The notes under the pieces were generated by a model. The model was not told where the DNA came from, made no database searches, and was given only the letters and a program-made list of their open reading frames with translations. A DNA stretch of 64,000 bases from an uncultured bacterium (GTDB lineage: Bacteria > Hydrothermota > Tepidihabitantia > SM23-42): contig CBFDDH010000007.1 in the NCBI GenBank assembly GCA_965603515.1, positions 1,231 to 65,230 on the forward strand, in the 5' to 3' direction. The translations under genes were made by a program, and so were the position numbers. Shown piece after piece: positions 8,586-17,923 of the stretch. Each line of letters starts with the position of its first letter. The stretch's first letter is position 1.

Positions 8586-11576
8586 ATGAGTTTGACCCTG
8601 AGACAATTCGTTATCCTATTGATTAGTTTGCAGATCCTCGTATTCGCTCAGGAAGGCGCGCGCTATCTTATCATCACGCACGACAATTTTTACGATGCTG
8701 TATTACCTCTTGCCGAGTGGAAATACCTCAAGGGTATGAAATCCAAAGTTACGAAACTATCAGATATCGGTTCAAACCCAAACGCATCTCAAATAAGAAA
8801 CTACATCCTCGATGCCTATACTAACTGGGTTATACAACCTGAATATCTACTCCTGGTCGGTGCGCCCAATTACATCCCTCTGCCCACAGTAAGTGGTACT
8901 TACTCGGACAATTACTATACTAATATGCAGGGTGATATACACAATGAAATACTGTCTGGACGCCTTACTGTGCATAATACCACCGAAGCACTCACAGTGG
9001 TCAACAAGATTCTTGCTTATGAAAGACATCCGTTCCGGGAAGACACGCTCTGGTTCAAGAAAGCATGCCTCATGGTCCGCCAGGACTATGATCCGCCGGA
9101 TGATTCGATATACTGGTCAGACTTGCATTTTGCAGCAGATTTAATGGTCAACAGTGGCTTTGTGAAAATAGATTCGTTTAGTGACATATATGGGAACAAT
9201 GTAAATGACCTCCTTGACGCAGCGTACGACGGACGGGCCTTTTTTATGTACCGAGGCTCCGCAATAAATAATTGGTGGTCGCCCTTCAATGTCAATCCTG
9301 ATGCAACACAAAACGGCACAAAACTACCGATCGTGATGTCGATAACTTGCTGCTGTATGGGTACAGGTTCAACACCAGCAACTGCTGAACGCTGGTTACT
9401 CACCGGCACACCGACAAACCCAAGAGGCGGCGCTGGGTACTTTGCCACAACAACGGTCATTAGCGGCGGTGCGCATTTGAGGAGTGCAGTAGCCAAAGGT
9501 TTTTACAGAACGCTCTTCAGTACAGACGCGGAGACTTTCGGCGAAGCCTGCGAGGGTGCCAGGAGCAACGTCTACGAACTTTATCCTAGTTCAGGAGGAC
9601 TGTATGAATACCTAGGTTTCACAACCCTGGGTGATCCGGAAATGCGTATCTGGACCGACACACCTTGCTCTCTTGCAGTTAACCATCCTGATCTTGTGAC
9701 CTTTGGTTACGCACACGTCACAGTCAGTGTCACTGATGCAGTCAACGGTACCCCAATCCAAAATGGACTTGTTTGCCTGGCTGGTAAACTCGATAGCACT
9801 ATCTATCACCTAGAAACCACCGACATTAATGGTCACGCAGTTTTTGATATCGCACCCCAGGTGGTCGACGATACTGTATTCATAACTGTGACCGGTAAGA
9901 ACCTCCAACCTTATGAAAGTAGCATGCGCGTAATCAGCACTGCCGCTTATGTTATCTACCTCAATTCATACATTAACGATTCGATCAATGGAAACAATGA
10001 CGGTAAAATAAATCCCACCGAAGAAATAGAGCTTCCCCTTTCCGTCGTCAATCTGGGACAGAGCACTGCGGTAAATATTACCGGAATACTGAGGTCTAAT
10101 GACGGCTATATCGTTATTACCGATTCAGTCAAGGACTTCGGTGATATCTTAAGTGGCGACACTGCTTTCACTGGTCCGGATGGATACAACTTTACGGTTC
10201 CGCATTCTACTCCGAATCAGCACTACATTGATTTTACCCTTACCTGTCAGAACATCAATGACTCGGTTTGGATATCTCAGTTCAGCGAAGTTATTTACTC
10301 ACCTGAGTTCACTTTTGAATCGGCAGTAATAAGCGGTGGTAACGGCAATAATATACTGGAACCTGCCGAAACAGTTGATGTTGTAATAACCATACAAAAC
10401 CGAGGAGATGCTGCTGCTGACAGTGTAAGCGCAGTCCTGCGCACTAATTCATACGAGGTCGTCATCACTGACAGTACTGCAGTGTTTGGGCATATCAGTA
10501 CTGATAGCACACAGAGCAACAGTTCCGATCCATTTGTAATTTGGGTTGACCCATTCGTGCCCATAGGTACGGTCATAGAATTCAATCTATCGGTCGTTTC
10601 CAACTACTACAATGCGAGGTTCTATTTTTCACTGATTGTCGGTCAGAAAAACTATTTTGTCTGGAACCTTGACCCTACACCAACCCCTGGCGAGAACATC
10701 GACTCCATACTCAAGGCGCTCAATTATGAGGGTGATTATGGAACAACCTTGCCCTCGCATCTCAATCTGTATCAAGCACTATTTGTCTGCCTCGGTGTCT
10801 ACTCAAATCGCCATGTGATTACTCAGGGTAGTGCAGAAGCGATCGTGATCACCGACTATTTGAATAATGGCGGAAGAGTGTATTTAGAAGGAAGTTCAGC
10901 TTGGTTCATCGATCCCCATTACTTTAACGGACACAACTTTGGAACCTTATTCGGGATTAATAGTACATCCTGGAGTCTTGCCGACTTAGGACCTCTCGCT
11001 GGTCAAACCGGCACGTTCACAAATGGGATGTATTTTGAATACAGTGGCGAGAACTGGTACATGGATAATATTCAACCAACGGGTAATGGCTATGCGATCT
11101 TTCGAGACCAGGATGATAATTACTATTGCGCAGTGGCACATGACGCTGGGACCTATCGGACGGTTGGCACTGATTTTGAATTGGGGTTGCTCAATGATGC
11201 AACACCACCTTCAACACGCGCCACATTGTTGGATTCAATCATGCACTTCTTTGGCAGCGCACCGGGCATCGAGGAAGCTGAAAATGCAAACACCCAAGAA
11301 AACGTATATTTGTCCGTGATACCAAACCCCGCGAATAAATGTGTTAATATATCATTCGGTCTTTCTTCGGCAGCGGAAAATGTAGATCTATCGATCTACG
11401 ACGCAACCGGAAGGCTGGTATTTGTTTTTCCTCGCATTACGCAATACGCGCTACGCCATACGCTGTTCTGGTCAGGTACTGACCAAACCGGTCGCCCGGT
11501 CTCGGCAGGTATCTATTTTGTTCAGTTGAATACAGACCAAAGACGGACAACCAAAAAAATTATTCTGTTACCGTAG
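8586..11576 (+). CDS. Secreted C25 (gingipain-like) peptidase-family protein with Ig-like modules and C-terminal sorting-type domain
   Basis: Signal peptide; YLIIT, YLLLVG, SGRL, KILAYE, LGDPEMRIWT; C-terminal IPNP..IYDATGR..AGIYFV..KKIILL. Confidence 0.85.
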   Translation: MSLTLRQFVILLISLQILVFAQEGARYLIITHDNFYDAVLPLAEWKYLKGMKSKVTKLSDIGSNPNASQIRNYILDAYTNWVIQPEYLLLVGAPNYIPLPTVSGTYSDNYYTNMQGDIHNEILSGRLTVHNTTEALTVVNKILAYERHPFREDTLWFKKACLMVRQDYDPPDDSIYWSDLHFAADLMVNSGFVKIDSFSDIYGNNVNDLLDAAYDGRAFFMYRGSAINNWWSPFNVNPDATQNGTKLPIVMSITCCCMGTGSTPATAERWLLTGTPTNPRGGAGYFATTTVISGGAHLRSAVAKGFYRTLFSTDAETFGEACEGARSNVYELYPSSGGLYEYLGFTTLGDPEMRIWTDTPCSLAVNHPDLVTFGYAHVTVSVTDAVNGTPIQNGLVCLAGKLDSTIYHLETTDINGHAVFDIAPQVVDDTVFITVTGKNLQPYESSMRVISTAAYVIYLNSYINDSINGNNDGKINPTEEIELPLSVVNLGQSTAVNITGILRSNDGYIVITDSVKDFGDILSGDTAFTGPDGYNFTVPHSTPNQHYIDFTLTCQNINDSVWISQFSEVIYSPEFTFESAVISGGNGNNILEPAETVDVVITIQNRGDAAADSVSAVLRTNSYEVVITDSTAVFGHISTDSTQSNSSDPFVIWVDPFVPIGTVIEFNLSVVSNYYNARFYFSLIVGQKNYFVWNLDPTPTPGENIDSILKALNYEGDYGTTLPSHLNLYQALFVCLGVYSNRHVITQGSAEAIVITDYLNNGGRVYLEGSSAWFIDPHYFNGHNFGTLFGINSTSWSLADLGPLAGQTGTFTNGMYFEYSGENWYMDNIQPTGNGYAIFRDQDDNYYCAVAHDAGTYRTVGTDFELGLLNDATPPSTRATLLDSIMHFFGSAPGIEEAENANTQENVYLSVIPNPANKCVNISFGLSSAAENVDLSIYDATGRLVFVFPRITQYALRHTLFWSGTDQTGRPVSAGIYFVQLNTDQRRTTKKIILLP

Positions 11577-11670
11577 TTTACTTCTGTAAAAGCGAAGTGA
11601 CAAAACGCTAAACTGAGTTTGCACCAAAGCATCCAAGAATGATATCTTGTTATTGACTGAGCAGGGACTA

Positions 11671-12387
11671 CTATATCTTGAACTTCTTACCTAAATACAA
11701 TTCCCTGGCTTGTGCATCATTTATTAAGGTCTGGGCATCTCCCGATAAAAGAACCTTGGCATCGTAGATGAGATATGAGCGGTCAGTTATCTCGAGTGTC
11801 TCACGAACATTATGGTCAGAAATAAGTACACCAATACCTTTACTTTTCAAATCGAGTATCAGGCTCTGAAGCTCTGCCCGTGAGATGGGATCAATACCTG
11901 TAAAGGGCTCATCAAGAAGCAGGAATTTAGGCTCGGTTATCAATGCCCGGGCAATCTCCACGCGTCTTCTCTCACCGCCGGAAAGCGTGTAGGCTTTCTG
12001 CTCTTTCACGTGCTCGAGGTTGAAATCTGTCAATGCCTTGGCTGCTTTAATACCGGCTTGTTTGCGCGGTACGCCGAGTATTTCATATACCGCAATAAGA
12101 TTCTCAATAACTTTTAACTTCCTAAAGACACTTGGTTCCTGACACAAAAATGATATGCCCATACGCGCCCGTTTATACATCGGTAAATCGGTTATTGCCA
12201 CATCATCAAGTGTAATATCGCCTTTATTAGGAGCCAACAAACCAACTATCATATTAAAGGTTGTTGTCTTACCAGCACCATTTGGGCCAAGCAGACCGAT
12301 GATTTCTCCTTGATTTATCTTCAGGTTCACGCTGTTCACAACGACTCGACGTCCATATACTTTTGTCAGGTTATTCGTTGCCAGCAT
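11671..12387 (-). CDS. lptB: LPS export ABC transporter ATPase LptB
   Basis: GPNGAGKTT, LSGGERRR, LLLDEPFTGIDP, ISDHNVRETL. Confidence 0.95.
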   Translation of the reverse strand: MLATNNLTKVYGRRVVVNSVNLKINQGEIIGLLGPNGAGKTTTFNMIVGLLAPNKGDITLDDVAITDLPMYKRARMGISFLCQEPSVFRKLKVIENLIAVYEILGVPRKQAGIKAAKALTDFNLEHVKEQKAYTLSGGERRRVEIARALITEPKFLLLDEPFTGIDPISRAELQSLILDLKSKGIGVLISDHNVRETLEITDRSYLIYDAKVLLSGDAQTLINDAQARELYLGKKFKI

Positions 12388-13267
12388 CTTCTTCCTCTCT
12401 CTTTAGACTAAGTATCCCACTGGGCTCTCCGTTAACAATGATCTTAATCGCTTCTCCATCACGGAATATAATGTTTATCTCTTCACCCTCAATAATATTC
12501 TTTGATCCTTCATCCGTGTAATACCTAGACCAACCTCGGCGTACGCCGAATGATTCAATCTGCTTATCCTTCATCTTAAACTGACCGGTTTCTCCTCTAA
12601 GCTCATTGTTTTTTTCCAGAACAACAGGGTTAACCATGGTACCATGGTCTTCCTTAAGATCAAAGGAAAACGTATCACAATAGACTGTTATGCTATCGAA
12701 AACAACCGTCACTGAGTCAAAGCCGAAGAATTCATTGCTATCGGCCAACAACCTAAAGTCCTGAGCATTGACTCGCATCGGGTCCTTATTCTCACGCATT
12801 ATTTCCAACCTTGGTCCCTCCATCAAATAACCTTCATCCTTAGCGAGATCATACCAACCTTGCCCACCGTATGCCATCAAATTGTTTCTCTTGTCTTCAA
12901 TCACCACATCCCCGAACATCTGGACCAGCTCATCTACCCCATCATAGTATAATGAATCCGCCCTGATGATCTCACTACCCGTAAAAAGGACTACGCTGTC
13001 CCTCAAATAACCTTTTTTCTCATCGAAGTAATAGACTGCGAACCCTGCGTGTATTTTGCCGTTTTCATCTACAATACTTACGTCATCTACGAGAACTACG
13101 TAATTTTCAGCTTCGTGCAAACTTGCTTCTGAACATGCGATCTTCAGATATTCGTCTTCAATCTTGACATTACCCAAAAGATGAATCATGCTTGTGCCCT
13201 CTTGTTTGATGATCTCAACCTTATCTGCAGAAAAAGGTGTCACACAAAGTAAAAAAAATAAGATCAT
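12371..13267 (-). CDS. LptA/OstA-like beta-jellyroll protein
   Basis: Repeated beta-jellyroll pattern (LLGNVKIED, ADSLYYDG, MFGDVVIED); lies between lptC and lptB. Confidence 0.75.
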   Translation of the reverse strand: MILFFLLCVTPFSADKVEIIKQEGTSMIHLLGNVKIEDEYLKIACSEASLHEAENYVVLVDDVSIVDENGKIHAGFAVYYFDEKKGYLRDSVVLFTGSEIIRADSLYYDGVDELVQMFGDVVIEDKRNNLMAYGGQGWYDLAKDEGYLMEGPRLEIMRENKDPMRVNAQDFRLLADSNEFFGFDSVTVVFDSITVYCDTFSFDLKEDHGTMVNPVVLEKNNELRGETGQFKMKDKQIESFGVRRGWSRYYTDEGSKNIIEGEEINIIFRDGEAIKIIVNGEPSGILSLKREEEDAGNE

Positions 13268-13338
13268 TCCAAACCCGCTCTATGCATTACGCTCTGTTAC
13301 CATTACACCAATACTCCGTAACACCCCATCTCTGTTCC

Positions 13339-13881
13339 TCAATTCCGGATGTCTGGCAATTCAATGGGTGATACTCCTTTAGCGTCACCCAAAATTTCAA
13401 TTTTCTCCAAATACGGATCAGCTCTCAACCCCCGACCTTCAATGACTGTACCATCTTGTTTAATTATCGTCACGGGACAGTCAGTCAGTATCTTTTGTGA
13501 ATCATTTTGCCAGAACAGAGAATCCGTGTAGAGCTTGGTTGAATCGTTTGTCAACACCACAACACTGTCGCCAACAAGAATATTACGCGTTTTCGTATTG
13601 AGTATACCTGCCGGTGCGTACAGCACGGAAAACTCGACTTCTTCCCTATCATAGAATCGTATCTCAACGGAATCAACCTTGATTATCTCATCATATACCC
13701 TTGCTCGTACAGCATCAAGGGTATAGACTTTTTTCCCTTTGCTCGTTTCTGTAAGTGAGAACGTATCTATTGTTATCTTGGGCTGACCATCATCTAACCG
13801 TTCTTGCAACTTCTCTTCCTGGCAACCGGTCAATAGAACTAACCCGACAATTAGACATATCTGCAGGACTTTATGTTTCAT
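13339..13881 (-). CDS. lptC: LPS export protein LptC
   Basis: N-terminal anchor, TKLYTDSLFW, ILTDCPVTI, IEGRGLRAD; synteny with lptB. Confidence 0.85.
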   Translation of the reverse strand: MKHKVLQICLIVGLVLLTGCQEEKLQERLDDGQPKITIDTFSLTETSKGKKVYTLDAVRARVYDEIIKVDSVEIRFYDREEVEFSVLYAPAGILNTKTRNILVGDSVVVLTNDSTKLYTDSLFWQNDSQKILTDCPVTIIKQDGTVIEGRGLRADPYLEKIEILGDAKGVSPIELPDIRN

Positions 13882-13896
13882 ATATTCAAAATCCTC

Positions 13897-14538
13897 TCAG
13901 TCTGTTCTCGACTTGTAAAACCAGACATAATCAAGCGGTCGCTGAGTAACTATGCGATCTAGATCACACCCGAGATCGAGAACACCGCTACCATTCTTGC
14001 GGTAAGCTGCAAAGGGTACAAGTGGAACGCCGCATAGGCTGCTCAATTTCTTCATCTTACCGTATTTCGCATAGAAACGGTTGCCGTCAATAAGGACACC
14101 CAATATCCCACCGTTTTTAAGGAAACGCACGATTTTCACACTGTCGTGTTTTGAAAAGACCTTCACGTTACCTGACGACCGGAAGCGATCCAGGAGATTA
14201 TCGAAAAATCTACTGATGCGTGAGTGATTATCATCAGCATACCGGTTAACAAGCACACCTAAATCAAAACCCTTTTTCTCAAGTGCCCGGGGCATCAGTT
14301 CCCAAACACCGAAATGGAAAGAATAAAAAATACCACCTTTTTCCAAACTATTACTATTGTCTTGCACGCTGATGTCTCGCCGGCTCAACATAAATCCGAT
14401 ATTACGCGCGACACTATAGACATTTCTTATCGCCAGTCTTCCAATACGCTGCTTCAGGTATTCACGGCGCGCTCTCTGAAACCAGTACAATGTAAACAAC
14501 CCCAAAAGCGCAAACGCTTCTGTGAAAAATCGCATCAA
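13897..14538 (-). CDS. Lysophospholipid acyltransferase family protein (LpxL-like)
   Basis: FHFGVWE motif, GVLIDG, CGVPLVP. Confidence 0.7.
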   Translation of the reverse strand: MMRFFTEAFALLGLFTLYWFQRARREYLKQRIGRLAIRNVYSVARNIGFMLSRRDISVQDNSNSLEKGGIFYSFHFGVWELMPRALEKKGFDLGVLVNRYADDNHSRISRFFDNLLDRFRSSGNVKVFSKHDSVKIVRFLKNGGILGVLIDGNRFYAKYGKMKKLSSLCGVPLVPFAAYRKNGSGVLDLGCDLDRIVTQRPLDYVWFYKSRTD

Positions 14539-16139
14539 AGAGTTTCTAATGATGATTTTATGAAATGATAGAATACCGGATTTGGCGCCAATGGCCTTGA
14601 GGTAAACTCCGGATGAAACTGCGTGCTAATAAAGAACGGGTGTCCGCGCACTTCTGCAATTTCCATCAACTTCCCATTTGGTGATCGACCTGAGAATATC
14701 AGGCCGTTTTCGCTCAGTTTTTTTATGTACTTAGGATTCACCTCATATCGGTGACGATGCCTTTCTTCCACCGTATTCTTGGCATATATCTTACGGGCAA
14801 GTGAATGCGCTTCTAATTTGCACGGGTAATCACCCAACCTCATCGTACCACCCATGTTCTTGATCTTACGCTGTCCTGGTAAAAGATCAATCACTGGATA
14901 GATAGTACTGTCATCGAATTCTGTCGAGTTCGCTCCTTTCATGCCACAGACATGCCGCGCATACTCAATGACCATACACTGCATACCAAGACATATACCT
15001 AGATAAGGCTTCTTCCTTTTCCGTGCGTACGTAACAATCCTTATCTTGCCTTCAACACCCCTTATCCCGAATCCACCGGGAACAAGGATACCATTCACCA
15101 TACCCAGGGCATTTTCTAGCGCGATCTCATCTTCGATCCGATCACTGTCTATCCATTTCAGTTTCAACCTTGCGTCGTTGGCTACTGCTGCATGGTATAA
15201 AGCCTCCATAATGCTCTTGTACGCATCTCTAAGCTCCACGTATTTCCCGCATACGGCGATTTCTACAACCCGGGAAGGAGACTTTGCCTTTTGCACAAAG
15301 AGTTCCCATTCTGCTAAATCAGGTTCATCGCGCTCAATACCTAAACTCGCGAGAATCATCTGGTCAAGTTTTTGCTGGCGGAAAATAAGCGGTATTTCAT
15401 AGATACACTCAACATCGACCGCATCGATCACCGCGTCAATCGGTACATTACAGAATAAGGAAATCTTTTTCCGCTCATCCGCAGTTAACCACGAATCACT
15501 GCGGCAGAGTAGTATGTCAGGCTGAATACCAATAGCGCGTAGTTCCCTCACTGAATGCTGGGTTGGCTTTGTCTTAAATTCCCGCGCCGCTTTGATAAAC
15601 GGCACCAGAGTAAGATGGATGTACATGGTATTCTCTTTACCGTAATCAAGTCTCATCTGCCTGACTGCCTCAAGAAATGGCTGACCTTCGATGTCACCTA
15701 CTGTCCCACCGACTTCTGTGATAATCACATCAACATTACTGCTGTTAGCCAACTGGGAAATCCTTGACTTTATCTCATTCGTTATATGCGGCACGACTTG
15801 TACGGTCTTACCAAGATATTCACCGCGTCGCTCTTTAGATATGACCGAGAAGTAGATTTGACCGGTCGTGATATTATTCTCCTTATTCAACGAACTGTTA
15901 AGGAACCGCTCGTAATGCCCGAGGTCTAAATCGCACTCAGCACCGTCATGAGTAACAAAAACCTCACCATGCTGGTAAGGATTCATAGTACCCGGATCAA
16001 CATTGATGTAAGGATCGATTTTTTGCAGGGTCACATTGAGCCCGTATGATTTGAGAAGTAAACCAATGGAGGATGTAGCAATCCCTTTACCCAACGAAGA
16101 AACAACACCGCCTGTAACAAAGATATATTTGGTATCCAT
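14535..16139 (-). CDS. pyrG: CTP synthase
   Basis: GGVVSSLGKG, DPYINVDPGTM, GGTVGDIE, GICLGMQ, RHRHRYE, QFHPEF. Confidence 0.99.
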   Translation of the reverse strand: MDTKYIFVTGGVVSSLGKGIATSSIGLLLKSYGLNVTLQKIDPYINVDPGTMNPYQHGEVFVTHDGAECDLDLGHYERFLNSSLNKENNITTGQIYFSVISKERRGEYLGKTVQVVPHITNEIKSRISQLANSSNVDVIITEVGGTVGDIEGQPFLEAVRQMRLDYGKENTMYIHLTLVPFIKAAREFKTKPTQHSVRELRAIGIQPDILLCRSDSWLTADERKKISLFCNVPIDAVIDAVDVECIYEIPLIFRQQKLDQMILASLGIERDEPDLAEWELFVQKAKSPSRVVEIAVCGKYVELRDAYKSIMEALYHAAVANDARLKLKWIDSDRIEDEIALENALGMVNGILVPGGFGIRGVEGKIRIVTYARKRKKPYLGICLGMQCMVIEYARHVCGMKGANSTEFDDSTIYPVIDLLPGQRKIKNMGGTMRLGDYPCKLEAHSLARKIYAKNTVEERHRHRYEVNPKYIKKLSENGLIFSGRSPNGKLMEIAEVRGHPFFISTQFHPEFTSRPLAPNPVFYHFIKSSLETL

Positions 16140-16359
16140 ATTTTAAAGTATAGTTAAAAGCACGCTTATGTCAAGCACATCTAAATGTGGGATCGCTCCG
16201 CTCGCAGTAATCTCCCACCCTATTTCAAGGGAACGGGATTCGCAGAATCATTTCATTCGCAGTATCGTTCCGTCATTTTTCAAAAACTCGGAACTCGTAA
16301 TAATAATTTTCTAACGAATCCCGAAGGGATGATTCTGCGTTTTCTGCAAGTCCGCCCTG

Positions 16360-17718
16360 TTAAGTGGCGGACGATCCTGCGTTTCCTGCGTCTTTCTGTA
16401 AATGGTATTCTTTCATCTTCAAACGTAAGGTGTTGCGGTGAATGCCCAGACGCTTGGCAGTCTTGGAAAGGTTCCAATCCATTTTTTCAAGAACCTTTCT
16501 GACATGCATTTTTTCAATTTGTTGCATCGATTCAACACCACCTGCAGATTCGTCCGGTTCTACGCTCAAAGGCAGATCCTCTGCCTCAATAACTGAACCA
16601 CGGCAAAGAACGACTGCCCTTTCTATTACGTTTTCCAGTTCCCTGACATTACCTGGCCAGTCATACCGGAATAATTTATCAAGGGCACCCTTTGATATCG
16701 TGCTGATCCTACTGTTGCAGCGGCAGGCGAATTTGCCTATGAAGAATTCAACGAGCGGTTTGATATTTCTTTTGATCTCTCGCAGGGGCGGTAGGTCTAT
16801 TGAAATGATATTTAGACGATAGTAAAGGTCTTCGCGGAACGTACCGTTTGAAATTTTCTTCTTTAAATCCTGATTCGTCGCTGAGATCAATCTGAAATCT
16901 GATTTTATTGGCGTGTTACTCCCGAGCCGTTCAAATGTTAATTCCTGAAGCACGCGCAAGAGCTTTACCTGGATGCTCAACGATAAATCGCCGATTTCAT
17001 CAAGGAATAAGGTTCCTTTATGGGCAAGCTCGAATTTTCCTATTTTGCGCTTTTCAGCACCGGAAAAAGCACCGCGTTCATAACCAAAAAGTTCGCTTTC
17101 AAGAAGCGTTTCAGGAAGTGCAGCACAGGAGATTGGGATGAAACGGCAATTCTTGCGCCGACTTGCCTTGTGGATCAAACGGGCGACAACTTCTTTACCC
17201 GTACCAGATTCACCATTGATCAACACCGTGGAGTCTGATTTCGCGATGCGCGAAACTAAACTCAGAACCTCTTTCATCTTCTTATCCTGAGCGACAAATG
17301 ATTCAGTCTCCAGATTTTCAGCAACCTCTTCTCTCAACAACTCAAGCTCCTGGTGCACGTGCTGCTCCTCGTGGATACGCTCGATAATAAGTTCCAGTTC
17401 ATCGAGGTTGATCGGCTTACTTAGATAGTCATAGGCGCCAATCTTCATGGCCTTAACTGCGGTTTCAACTGTACCATAACCAGTAAGGATGATGAAATAC
17501 GTTTCCGGGTCAATTTCCTTCATCTTTATCATGGCTTCAATCCCGTCAATCTCCGGCATTTTTAAATCAAGTATTGCAAGATCAAATCCTTTCTCTTGAT
17601 TCTTTTCAATCGCTTCCTGCCCCGAAACCGCAGTTGTTACTGTATAATCTCGCTTCTTTAGATAACCGGCGAGCAGACTGCGCTGCGCCTCATCATCATC
17701 AACAATAAGAATATGCAT
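16360..17718 (-). CDS. NtrC-family sigma-54-dependent response regulator (REC-AAA-HTH)
   Basis: Likely start MHILIVDDD at 17718 behind TTGACA-17-TATACT; GESGTGKE, ESELFG, GAFSGA, FREDLYYRL, WPGNVREL, Fis-type HTH. Confidence 0.93.
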   Translation of the reverse strand: MHILIVDDDEAQRSLLAGYLKKRDYTVTTAVSGQEAIEKNQEKGFDLAILDLKMPEIDGIEAMIKMKEIDPETYFIILTGYGTVETAVKAMKIGAYDYLSKPINLDELELIIERIHEEQHVHQELELLREEVAENLETESFVAQDKKMKEVLSLVSRIAKSDSTVLINGESGTGKEVVARLIHKASRRKNCRFIPISCAALPETLLESELFGYERGAFSGAEKRKIGKFELAHKGTLFLDEIGDLSLSIQVKLLRVLQELTFERLGSNTPIKSDFRLISATNQDLKKKISNGTFREDLYYRLNIISIDLPPLREIKRNIKPLVEFFIGKFACRCNSRISTISKGALDKLFRYDWPGNVRELENVIERAVVLCRGSVIEAEDLPLSVEPDESAGGVESMQQIEKMHVRKVLEKMDWNLSKTAKRLGIHRNTLRLKMKEYHLQKDAGNAGSSAT

Positions 17719-17806
17719 ACGTTGTAGTATAGCAAAATATCGACAAGATGTCAATCGGGAACAAATGTATTGGAGCATCCGTTGAGCGCTGAGAATTCTC
17801 TGTTGT

Positions 17807-17895
17807 GTCTTTGCGAGCGAACGCAGTGAGCGCGGCAATCTCCAGAGATTGCTTCGTCACTCGCTAAAAAAATACAGCGGATTCCTCGCAATGAC
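17807..17895. repeat. Palindromic miniature repeat, copy 2
   Basis: GTCTTTGCGAG...GCAATCTC CA GAGATTGC...CTCGCAATGAC. Confidence 0.8.
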
Positions 17896-17923
17896 ATCCA
17901 ATTTGTAAAAGAAATTATAGATG

